From an uncultured virus (IMG/VR IMGVR_UViG_3300031659_000001) (Duplodnaviria > Heunggongvirae > Uroviricota > Caudoviricetes), in the IMG/VR virus record IMGVR_UViG_3300031659_000001: a stretch of 64,000 bases of DNA; one strand, 5' to 3'. The translations under genes were made by a program, and so were the position numbers. Below are positions 38,731 to 48,700 of the stretch, in pieces. The stretch's first letter is position 1, and the number at the start of each line of letters is the position of its first letter. A model generated the notes under the pieces. It was not told the origin of the DNA, made no database searches, and worked only from the letters and a program-made list of their open reading frames with translations.

Positions 38731-40167
38731 ATGAGTGCCCCTGTGTTAGATCTCGCCAACAAAGTCGATTGGGAAATGGGTCGTCGTGACTTCAAGTATT
38801 TTTTTGAAGACATTTGCGGCAAAGCCGAGAATTACATGGTCGCTGACTTTCACCAAGAATGGTTTGATATGAGCGAGAACTTCAACAAGACCTGTGTTAT
38901 TGCTTCTCGTGATCATGGGAAGTCGGTATTCTATCGGGTATATCTATTATGGAAAATGGCATACAACCCCGGCACAGAAGTCCTATTCTTTTCTCACAGT
39001 CAGCACCAATCCATCGAACACATGGCAAAAATGAACGAACTCATAGAATCAGTTCCTACTCTCTCTCACTTGAAACCAAAGCGTGGTTGGGCCAAGCAAA
39101 AGTTCAAGATGACAAACAAATCCTCCATCTCGGCTATGTCCGTTGGTAAGGCTGTTCGTGGTGCCCACCCCGACATTGTAGTGCTTGACGATATATTGTC
39201 CAGTGAAGCCGCTACCCAATTGACTCACATTTCTTCATGGTTCTTCACAGCCCTCCTACCTGTTCTCCACCACACTGCACAGTTATGTATTGTAGGAACT
39301 CCCTTTTCATACACTGATCTGTATCAAGAACTAAAATCACTCAAGGGGTATAAAGTGAGCGAATACCCTGCGATTAGCGAAGAAACAGGTAAGCCGCTTT
39401 GGCCCGAACGCTGGTCGCTTGACGCACTACATCAACGCCGTGATGAAATGACATCCATATCATTTACCCGTGAATACCTGTGCAAACCAATTGCCAGTGA
39501 ATCGAGTCTGTTCCCAATTGAAATGACAGACCCTTGTAAAGACGACGACCACGCATTTGTCTTTGACCCATATGCTGGCGACTTTGAAGAGGATGTCAAT
39601 TACTACATCGGCTGGGATCCTGCAATCAGCCCCGACCGAAAGGCCGACTATACTTGCATGGTTGTTTTGGCTATGGATAAGAATAGACATAAGAGAGTGG
39701 TTTGGATGCACCATGAAAAGGGAATGGATTTCAGTTCTCAAATTGATAAAATCATAGAATTGAATGCAAGGTTCAACCCCGTCATCGTTGAATTGGAAAC
39801 AAACAATTTCGCTCAAGCATTCCACCAAGTGCTGAAAGAGATTAGCGACTTGCCTATCAAACCATTTACTATGAGCCGTATGAGAAAAGAAGCGGTTATA
39901 CATTCTCTCCAATTGCACTTTGAACAGCGTCATTTGATTCTCCCTTACAAGGAAGAAGGTAGAACACGCCGGATGATGGACATTTTACTCAACGAACTTT
40001 CTATGTTCACCATGTTACCAAATGGTAAAATGGAGTCGCTTGGCCGACACGACGATACCGTTATTGCCCTCGCTTTGGCGGTTCAAGCCACAAAAGAATA
40101 TAGGGACAGCATCGTAGTCCTTGATGGGGCGGCGTGGTCGCAACGCTTAGGGTGGTCGGAAACATGA
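38731..40167 (+). CDS. terL: Terminase large subunit
   Basis: ASRDHGKS (Walker A), VRGAHPDIVVLDD (Walker B), VGTP, IGWDPA and HDDTVIA nuclease motifs. Confidence 0.95.
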   Translation: MSAPVLDLANKVDWEMGRRDFKYFFEDICGKAENYMVADFHQEWFDMSENFNKTCVIASRDHGKSVFYRVYLLWKMAYNPGTEVLFFSHSQHQSIEHMAKMNELIESVPTLSHLKPKRGWAKQKFKMTNKSSISAMSVGKAVRGAHPDIVVLDDILSSEAATQLTHISSWFFTALLPVLHHTAQLCIVGTPFSYTDLYQELKSLKGYKVSEYPAISEETGKPLWPERWSLDALHQRRDEMTSISFTREYLCKPIASESSLFPIEMTDPCKDDDHAFVFDPYAGDFEEDVNYYIGWDPAISPDRKADYTCMVVLAMDKNRHKRVVWMHHEKGMDFSSQIDKIIELNARFNPVIVELETNNFAQAFHQVLKEISDLPIKPFTMSRMRKEAVIHSLQLHFEQRHLILPYKEEGRTRRMMDILLNELSMFTMLPNGKMESLGRHDDTVIALALAVQATKEYRDSIVVLDGAAWSQRLGWSET

Positions 40168-41513
40168 CAAGAATTGTTTGGAATAGTGAAGTCCGTTCTA
40201 TGAACGATGCAATTGTCAAAATACTCCCTGCGCTTGGGGCAGTGGCCGGTGTCGCCGCAAAAAAATTAGCACCATCCCTTATTGGTGCCGCCGCAGGTAA
40301 AATGACTGGGTTGCTCGACCAAAAGAAGGTCAAAGAGCAGGAATTGGCACAGATAGATACCGATGTCGATGCCGAAACAGAACAACAACAACAACAAACC
40401 CCCCCGCCGACAGCCGCACCAATGCCTCCCCAAGCAACCACCGGATCTGAAATCACGGGGATGAAGGGCGGTGAACAAACAGCGAACCCCACCGACCAAC
40501 CCGGTGTCACCGCTTCTCCGACAGTAGGAATCACCAAATCATTTTTCAAAGACGAACTGGGTATTGCCGGTGCCGACTTAATCGAATTACTTTCAAAAGC
40601 GGGCGAAGAGGCGTTAATACCCTCGGTTGTCGAAATGTTACTACAAGAACAACATGCTGTCCTAAAATCATTTGATTGGTGGCAACAGGATGATTGGGGC
40701 TTGTTGGAATTGCAGGACAACGATTTCAATTTACTTATCAAATACCCCGAACGCCTTGAATATCAATTAAAGAAAACGGTGACTGGGGTTAAGAGATCCG
40801 AAAGTAAAGAGGAACGAGATGAGATTTGGAAAGCATGGCATGACCGCCTTAATGCTGAAAACCGCCTAAGCCGTCGTGAACGAAACATACTTTCCACTTG
40901 CCACACCACCTTACAAAAGAATGGTGACATGAATGCGGCTACAATTGCCAGTTATGAAGTGGGGGCTACAAGCGGTGAAGTCGCTGGCCTCATCAAGACA
41001 TACGGGCACCTCTTTGAAATGTCGGTGGTTGGCAAAGGAACCAAGCAAGATGATCGCACCCTCCATTACGGTGCCAATAGACAGCCAGTATTTTTGAAGA
41101 GAATAGACTCGTTTATAGGAAATCTATGGGAAGTTGGTGGCGAAATGTCCATCACTAAAAACGGTATTCCACGACTTATTCTACCGTTCGCCACGAAGCG
41201 TGCGATTGACTACACCAATGTCTTGAAGAAGGAATTGGGTGTGGAGGGTGTTATGTGGGAAGGCCGTCAATTCGTATTCGAGGGTGATTTGGCCGTGTAT
41301 AAGGCGGCTGAAATCGCTTTGCCTTATTTGGAAACCCGTCGCAGTGAAGCATCCCTTTTACTATCAGCACTTGAAGGCGACGAAAATGCAGGTCGCCTTA
41401 TCGCCTTTGAAAAGGCTGAACCGCAGGATCAAGTGAATATGATGAAGGAGTGGAACATTTCATCGACGGGGATGGATGAATGGAGAGAGGTGATTATCAA
41501 TGGCCGCCGATAA
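40164..41513 (+). CDS. Hypothetical protein with possible degenerate LAGLIDADG-like C-terminal domain
   Basis: Between terL and portal; FIGNLWEVGGEMSITKNGIPRL...LPYL pattern; start uncertain (40164 or 40200). Confidence 0.5.
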   Translation: MTRIVWNSEVRSMNDAIVKILPALGAVAGVAAKKLAPSLIGAAAGKMTGLLDQKKVKEQELAQIDTDVDAETEQQQQQTPPPTAAPMPPQATTGSEITGMKGGEQTANPTDQPGVTASPTVGITKSFFKDELGIAGADLIELLSKAGEEALIPSVVEMLLQEQHAVLKSFDWWQQDDWGLLELQDNDFNLLIKYPERLEYQLKKTVTGVKRSESKEERDEIWKAWHDRLNAENRLSRRERNILSTCHTTLQKNGDMNAATIASYEVGATSGEVAGLIKTYGHLFEMSVVGKGTKQDDRTLHYGANRQPVFLKRIDSFIGNLWEVGGEMSITKNGIPRLILPFATKRAIDYTNVLKKELGVEGVMWEGRQFVFEGDLAVYKAAEIALPYLETRRSEASLLLSALEGDENAGRLIAFEKAEPQDQVNMMKEWNISSTGMDEWREVIINGRR

Positions 41514-43299
41514 GAAGCGCATTGACCGTTTGTTTGCCGCACTTGGTGTGGACATGGAACGACATTCAACACCTACTCCCGAAATGCCTCTATTCACCAG
41601 TGGTGTCCAAGAACCTGCTCTTTTGCAGGGTATAACAATCCCAGCCCTTTATGCGGCGGCCTTTGAGTGTCTTGTCCTCCGTTCTATTCTTACACACCTT
41701 GCTACGGAATGTTTCCGTAAGGGCTGGGTATGGAAACCAAAGTTCGTGACTAAATGCCGAGAGTGCGATGAGGAATACCAAAAAGAAGTCGATGCTTGCC
41801 TCAAGTGCGAGGGCGAAGTTCGCCCTGCTGACAAAGGACAATTGGAATACGCCGACTCACTTCTCAAGAGCGAAAACAGAATGGCTCAATCATTCCTTGA
41901 AGTTCTCCGTGAACTTGAAATGGACTTGAACATTGTCGATGATGCTTACTTGATTTTGACAAAGGAATACTTCGTCGATCCGACTACCGGGAAACCGCAG
42001 TTCTACCGAATAAAGGAAATCACCCGTGCTGACCCAATTTTCATGCGTATTGTCGCTGACAAGCGTGGTATTCGTGGTGGCAAGCAATACACCAGCCTAC
42101 TCGACCGTTCGTTCCGAACAGGCAACAAGGATGAGAAGTGCCCAAAGACTGGCCTCCCAGTAGTGCCAGTTCACTACATCAACCTCGCTGGTGTAGGGTC
42201 GGGACAAGTCTATACCGAAGGCGAAGTAGTTCACCTTAGCAAATGGTCGCCGTCTAAACTCTATGGTCGCTCACCAGTCGCTACACTATGGCGTCAAGTG
42301 AACACACTAATTTCAATGGACAATTATGTCTATTCAGCATATCAAAAGCGAAGAATGCCAAGAGGTGTTATGGTGATCAAATCATCAAACCTTGAAACTG
42401 TGGAGAGAACAGCACGAAACATACAGGAACACCTTGAGCGTGACCCTAATTATATTCCCACGATTGGTGTTGAAACGGAGAGTGGGCGTGGTGGTCTTGA
42501 GTATGTCCGTATGATGGACACCCTTGAAGAACTACAATACATCCCAATTAAAGACGATATACGCCAGCGTATTTCATCCTTCTTTGGTGTTTCAAATGTA
42601 TTTATGAACGATGTGTCGGGTGGTGGATTAAACAACGAAGGAATGCAAATTGTTGTCACCAACCGTGCCCTCGCCGCCAGTCAAAACCTATACAACAACC
42701 GCCTATTCCCAATCCTATGTGATGCCCTCCAAATCGACGAGTGGGAAATGTCGTTGCATCCTCACGAAGAGGAAGACGAAATTATGATTATGCGCCGTGA
42801 TGAAATGGCTATCCGCAATATGCTTCAAATGAAACAAGCGGGCTATGACGCAAAACTGCGTGACGACCAAGGCATACTACAATTCTCTTACAAAGAAGCA
42901 CCACCGCCTCCACCTCCACCACCGGGTGCAACCGGAGCCGCCCCTGATCCAAGCGCAGGTGCGCCAGTCCAAACCAGTGATTGGCTACTACCACCAACAA
43001 TGGATGACATACTAAAGCGTAAAGAAAGTGACCCAGTTCACGGACAACATGTAGTTCCCGAAGCCATGACAACAACACATGGAACCGATTTGAAACCACT
43101 ACGCCGTGTGGGGCTTGCTCAATTAGCAAACAATACCCGCCGTAGTTCCGGCAAGGGAAAAAGCCCTGCCGATATTAACCGTCACGAAGGGGCACACCAT
43201 ATGTCCTCAACCAAACGAGATTCAAGAGATACAGCCCCCCAAGCAATTAAGAATGCGGAGGGTCGCATAAAGAACTTAGATAGGCGGTTAGGACTATGA
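41500..43299 (+). CDS. Portal protein
   Basis: Position after terL; DLNIVDDAY, LYGRSPV, RISSFFGVS; CREC...CLKC insertion. Confidence 0.85.
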   Translation: MAADKKRIDRLFAALGVDMERHSTPTPEMPLFTSGVQEPALLQGITIPALYAAAFECLVLRSILTHLATECFRKGWVWKPKFVTKCRECDEEYQKEVDACLKCEGEVRPADKGQLEYADSLLKSENRMAQSFLEVLRELEMDLNIVDDAYLILTKEYFVDPTTGKPQFYRIKEITRADPIFMRIVADKRGIRGGKQYTSLLDRSFRTGNKDEKCPKTGLPVVPVHYINLAGVGSGQVYTEGEVVHLSKWSPSKLYGRSPVATLWRQVNTLISMDNYVYSAYQKRRMPRGVMVIKSSNLETVERTARNIQEHLERDPNYIPTIGVETESGRGGLEYVRMMDTLEELQYIPIKDDIRQRISSFFGVSNVFMNDVSGGGLNNEGMQIVVTNRALAASQNLYNNRLFPILCDALQIDEWEMSLHPHEEEDEIMIMRRDEMAIRNMLQMKQAGYDAKLRDDQGILQFSYKEAPPPPPPPPGATGAAPDPSAGAPVQTSDWLLPPTMDDILKRKESDPVHGQHVVPEAMTTTHGTDLKPLRRVGLAQLANNTRRSSGKGKSPADINRHEGAHHMSSTKRDSRDTAPQAIKNAEGRIKNLDRRLGL

Positions 43300-43348
43300 T
43301 TAACCCCAACCTTCATTTAAGGCTAAGGCATGGGACAGGTTGGTTAAG

Positions 43349-43723
43349 ATGACAGAAGGCTTTCTCGATTTTGGAATAATAGCGAAAATGGATCCGATGG
43401 CACGCCGAGCAACGGCGAGTATGGAGGCCATGCAACAGGCGATAGTCCACAACAATATGGGCGATGTAGCAAAACATATTGAAGAAGCAAAAAACGCTCT
43501 TTCAATCCTTGAGCGTGACTTAAACCTCGCAAAATCATTACAAGCGTCAGCAACAATCGCTAAGAGCGATGGTGAAATTATTCAAGGGGATGGAAGCATG
43601 ATGGGGAACATTGGCCGCCACCATAACACAGTAAGTGATTATGACGGCACCGAAGGCGCAACCGTAATGGGCGTTTCACGCATGGGCCGTTCTTCAACAA
43701 TTTGGCGACCACAGCAGGAGTGA
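43349..43723 (+). CDS. Hypothetical head-module protein
   Basis: ORF after portal; IAKM, LAKS, IAKS sites. Confidence 0.65.
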   Translation: MTEGFLDFGIIAKMDPMARRATASMEAMQQAIVHNNMGDVAKHIEEAKNALSILERDLNLAKSLQASATIAKSDGEIIQGDGSMMGNIGRHHNTVSDYDGTEGATVMGVSRMGRSSTIWRPQQE

Positions 43724-43728
43724 TTACT

Positions 43729-44325
43729 ATGGCTTACCGTAGTTCTCCGTCTATTGCTCAACGAATGCGAGTCTTAGACTTCGCTAATTCACTACGCAAG
43801 GCTGATGGCTCCGACAGTGGTGGTAGTGGACAAATGGTTTCAAACCCTATGCCAACAACACCTCCCGCTTCTCCGATGAGTTCATCGGCTGAAATGGCCG
43901 CAGGGCCAACACCCGAAGAAATGAGTGCTTTGGTTTCAAGTGGTAAAGTATATGGCAACAGCAAAGAGGCTTTGGCTGACTTTGAAATGCGCCTTACTGA
44001 ACTTGCTACTGATATTACAGCGCACATTGGAACTATCGGGCAATCCAAATACACAGAAGATCTTGACGGCGACTCCGTTATGGGTCACGCTTCTTCTCTA
44101 ATGGCTTTCCGAAGTCAAGTAGAAGACACTCGAAACTTTTGTGAAATTATCCGACTCAAAGACGCTGGCATGGTTAATCACCTACCCGGTATGGGAATGC
44201 CACCCGAACAGGGCGGCGGCGGAATGCCACCCCAACAAGGACTTCAAAACATGCCCGGCCCCGGCCCAGCAGGTATGCCACCCGGTGGAATGCCTATGCC
44301 CGGCCCAATGATGGGAGGAATGTGA
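43729..44325 (+). CDS. Hypothetical head-module protein
   Basis: GGAGTGA RBS; G/M/P-rich C-terminus. Confidence 0.7.
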   Translation: MAYRSSPSIAQRMRVLDFANSLRKADGSDSGGSGQMVSNPMPTTPPASPMSSSAEMAAGPTPEEMSALVSSGKVYGNSKEALADFEMRLTELATDITAHIGTIGQSKYTEDLDGDSVMGHASSLMAFRSQVEDTRNFCEIIRLKDAGMVNHLPGMGMPPEQGGGGMPPQQGLQNMPGPGPAGMPPGGMPMPGPMMGGM

Positions 44326-44326
44326 T

Positions 44327-44455
44327 ATGGGAAAGGCAGGTGATGTAGGATTTTCTATCCTCAAACGAGAACCTTGTCGATGTGATCAAGATCATGGTGC
44401 AGTTAATGGGCCAAATGGGCCTATGTGCCCAAGATGTGGGGGGCATGTAAGATGA
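44327..44455 (+). CDS. 42-aa tagged Zn-finger microprotein
   Basis: Read manually: MGKAGDVGFSILKREPCRC...CPRCGGHVR; ATGA overlap with next gene. Confidence 0.55.
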   Translation: MGKAGDVGFSILKREPCRCDQDHGAVNGPNGPMCPRCGGHVR

Positions 44456-44805
44456 GCGAACAATCTAATATCGGAGAAGCAACAACCGACCTCTTGAAAG
44501 AACTTGTCGGAGAAGTCCGTTATTTGCGACAAAGGATGGAACAATTAGAAGCCGAGAACGCAACCCTCTCAAAAGCGATGGACGATCCGGAAACTATGAT
44601 GAAGAAGGCTGGATGGCTCAAAGCCGTCACTCCAATTTCCGCCGAGGTATATGACCCTCTAAACCGTGAGGCTGGTGACGCACCATCCTTCGTTAGTGGA
44701 TTTGATAGCGAAGTAATCAATAAGGGAGATGAACTGAAAACATGGCAAGACATGGAAAATGCCATGCCAAGTCACACATCCCCCTCTTCAATAAAATACA
44801 GGTGA
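44452..44805 (+). CDS. Coiled-coil hypothetical protein
   Basis: Start MSEQSN; heptad pattern. Confidence 0.7.
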   Translation: MSEQSNIGEATTDLLKELVGEVRYLRQRMEQLEAENATLSKAMDDPETMMKKAGWLKAVTPISAEVYDPLNREAGDAPSFVSGFDSEVINKGDELKTWQDMENAMPSHTSPSSIKYR

Positions 44806-44812
44806 TGATATT

Positions 44813-45781
44813 ATGGAACCACGATGGCACGACCCAAGCACGACCGCCGAAGGCGAATTACTACAACATGTTCTTCAATTAGAACAAATTGTTAAAATGA
44901 GAAAAAACACAAACTGTTCGGTTTGTAAAGGCGATTGCCAATGTTCTTTCAAACCAAACCGTGGCGACGAAAAGAAGCCCACTTTGAAAGGTAGAGGCGG
45001 CATGGAATCCAATTTCGACTTTAGCAAGAATACCAATAAGGCACCGGGCATTGGACAAGGTTCTCAACGATTAACTCAAGACGAAGCCATGGGCATGGGA
45101 CAAAACGACCGTATGGGGACACCTCATACTATCAACCCCCAAGCAAAACACATGGCAACCCGTCAAAGCGACTACACCCGACAAGATGAGAAAGGGCCGG
45201 ATCACTATGACACCCTCACGGGTGCGAGAGGTTCAAAGGGGAAAACAAGAACCATTACACGAACACCACGACCAAGCCAAGGGCAAACATCGGATTTCAG
45301 CAGTGAAGGAACTGGTGACAGTGTTCTTGACCCTAAACCCGATTGGATGGGCAACGACAGCAAACAAGCCTCGGCTGACATTACTTCACAGTTCCTTGCA
45401 TCAAAAGGCGTCATCGTCAAGTATGAGCAAGAAGGCGATGTTGAAAATGGAGTCCCAACCTTTATGGATCACAGTGGCGGAACACCAGTCCAAGCACGAC
45501 CATACCAAACAAATGGAACTTATCCCGACTTCAATGACAAAGCACCTAAAGCAACAGGTATTCACGAAGTCGCAAAAATGCCAGCATTCGCAAAAACAGG
45601 TTATGATGAAAAAGGCAGTGGCCTTCACATGCAATTAACCGACGGCGGCGGCAGAAAGGATGGGAACTGGAATATCGCACCCTTTGAAGAAAGGTTATCC
45701 GAATTGAAAAAGGGATATGGAAATCCCGGTCTTATCGAGGAAATTGCCACCCTTATGGAATCCGTAGCAAGTCGCCTCTAA
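44813..45781 (+). CDS. Hypothetical head-module protein
   Basis: GGTGA RBS; CSVC..CQC. Confidence 0.7.
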   Translation: MEPRWHDPSTTAEGELLQHVLQLEQIVKMRKNTNCSVCKGDCQCSFKPNRGDEKKPTLKGRGGMESNFDFSKNTNKAPGIGQGSQRLTQDEAMGMGQNDRMGTPHTINPQAKHMATRQSDYTRQDEKGPDHYDTLTGARGSKGKTRTITRTPRPSQGQTSDFSSEGTGDSVLDPKPDWMGNDSKQASADITSQFLASKGVIVKYEQEGDVENGVPTFMDHSGGTPVQARPYQTNGTYPDFNDKAPKATGIHEVAKMPAFAKTGYDEKGSGLHMQLTDGGGRKDGNWNIAPFEERLSELKKGYGNPGLIEEIATLMESVASRL

Positions 45782-45795
45782 TTGGAGGTGTAAGC

Positions 45796-48700
45796 ATGGA
45801 TAGGCAAGAGTTCTTGAGAATACGCACCGATACACTGTTGTCTTTAGTGCAAAATGAAGAAGTCGATACCGACCTTTACCTAAAGTCATTCTCCGATTTC
45901 TACGGAGATGAAACCTTAATTGAAAAAGAGGATCAAGCCATTCTCGGAATGTTACCGATGACCGCACCACCTCAATATCACATGGAGAACATGGATAACC
46001 CATCACCAATTACTACTCTCAATCTACCTACTGGGTATGAAGACTATGTTGCAGGACAACGCCGATACTCCAAAACATACGCCCAAGACTGGCCTATGGC
46101 AAACGAAAAGAACCGTTTCGGCAAAAGACACCCATTATCATACGATTTACCCACTATGCCCCTACTTCATGGGGCGGAATGGGGAGAACCAGCCTTTGTC
46201 GATCACCTTCTTCATATGATTGAAGAGGATGAAGAAGGTCAGTCCGTCATCAAGTCGATGAAGGACGCTGGGCGCATGGGCGTTATCCCAAAGGAATATG
46301 GCGAAGTGGTAGGGAGTCCTTCCGAAAGCCAACACCAATTATACATGAATGACAGAACAAAGCGATTCTCATACAAGGACGACGACGAATATATCGCCGC
46401 TAAGAAAGAACAGTGGGCTGGCTCAAACAGCCGACTTGGTTTGTTATCATATCTATATGGCCTCGAATGGCAATCCGGCGACGAGCGTGAACAATTTATG
46501 AACACTCTCAAGAAGTTGGGCGAGACAGAAGGCCCGACCGATCCAAACGCTCGCAAAGTTATGAACGATTTCACCGCTACATCCGGCATTTCATGGGATA
46601 GAGCAAAACGAAATTGGTTTGAACGCCTCATCCCACTTGCACGCTGGTGGGAACGACCTTCTGATCGTCACGGCCCTGTTTCAGCCGAAGACACCCCATC
46701 CGGCTTACAGCACATGAAATCACCATGGGTAGGAAACGAAGAGGGCATTGAACCATCGGCAAATCACCACTGGTGGTCGCCATACCAGCATTGGGGCGGC
46801 GTTGGTCGAGATTCTCAATCCCTGCAAACCATGATGCGTGATTCATACCCAGCCGCTATGAAAGGTTGGGTTGGTGATGAAATGCTCGGTTTTCTCGCAG
46901 ATAGACAACACCCATTAAACGACAGCGAAGACGCATACCACAGCAGTGGTTCATCATTTTTCCCTCAAACAGCCAACCACCCGATGATGGCAGGACACCC
47001 ACATCGTTCCGCCGTTTCAACAGGATGGGCGGCAGGTTCCGACCACCCCTATGTTCGTTCATTCCCACGCCGACGCTCTCTTTGGTCGTCTGTGTCAAAC
47101 AGCGCACACCTTCACCCATCCGAAATAGAAGGTGGTGGCAAGCGCATGATTATTCCATCCTATGCCTTCGCAACCAATCCAAACGGATTAGGTCGTATTA
47201 TTGCTTCTCACACTGATCAAGGACAACCACGCATTGGCCCAACACGGGAACGACACCCCGGTGATGAGCAATTCCATGAGTTCCATAACGACCACTATGA
47301 AAAGAGTGACGCCCATATCGGTCAAACCATGCAAAAAATGGCGACCCAATTGATGGGTGAACACGGCCCAGCCCTACTCCACGGAACAGATCCGAAGGAT
47401 GTTGTAGGAAACACACTTGCCCGTGGCAACCTACAACAAGTGGCTAAAGCCGCAAACATGCAATTGATGAGAGGCGGAGGCGGCGAAAAAATGAAAACAT
47501 TCGCACCAATGGTGGCAGGAAACGGGCTTACAAGCAAAGAAGTCCCAGTAGGCCCGATTAACCCCGACTCAAGTGCAACGACACCGCCAGTCTATTTGAC
47601 GGGCGATATGGATGCTTGGGGACACAAAATGCCAGCCACCCTCGCCTTCAATTGGGATAGAGAGAGCAACGCAGTTCGCTTTGATGTCAAAGACAAACCG
47701 TTTGAAACATTACAACGCACAGCCCATGAAGGCCATGTTGGTATGGTTCATCCTACTCACGCTGATTATCAAATCAAACCAAAAACCAATGCAATACCGG
47801 CTCTTGAAGTCACCGATGAAATGGGGGCACCCCCTATCCTTAACGGTGACATTTTCAAGGCTGACGATTATGAGGCTACGGGTATATTCGAGCAAGTCCT
47901 TATTCCAGCACATACTGTTTATGATTTCAGTTCTCTTGATGACCTCAAGGGATTCACTGGTGACTGGGTAGTGCAAAAGAAACCCGAAGGCAAGCGACTA
48001 TTCATTCAAAAGAAAGGCGGTCACATCAAAGCCAGCAACGGTAAAGGCAAGGATGTGTCTTTGCCTCTTAGGGTAAAAGAGGGCATTCGCAAGCAAGAAG
48101 GCAATTGCACCTTCGATGGGGTTTTGAAAGACGACCATTTCCGAGCAATAGATCTATTGGTGCATAAGGGTGACGATATTCATATGGAGAAATTGGAGGA
48201 TAGGCTCTCTATTCTTCGCACTCTCTATGAAACCGATGAAGGTGTTTCATTCCCTATGCCAGCCGATTGTAAGTTCAGCGACCGTGAAGGTTTGCGCTCA
48301 AACATGGATGCTCTTGGTGGAGACTTATGGCTCCGTGATTCAACATCCACTTTTATGAAGGGGCGAGAAGTCCACCATAAGTGGGTTAATTATGCTCCAA
48401 ATGGCGACGGTGTTAAGAAAATGTATGGCCCGTTCCCATCGGTTTCAATCCGAAACGAAAAAATGTTATTGGAATACCCCGGCCATCCTGCACCATTGGT
48501 GGTGAAAGGCGAGTGGGATGGAGAAGGTTTCGACTATCACGGGTTTGAAACCCATAGCCCACTTTCTATACACGCCGATAAGCAGATCAGTGTGTGGGGG
48601 CCAGTCGGCGTTCACCTTCTAAAGTATGAAATGAGTGAATTATCACCATACCCACCATACATTCCTACTCTATCAACGACATTGTTCAAAGCCTCACTGT

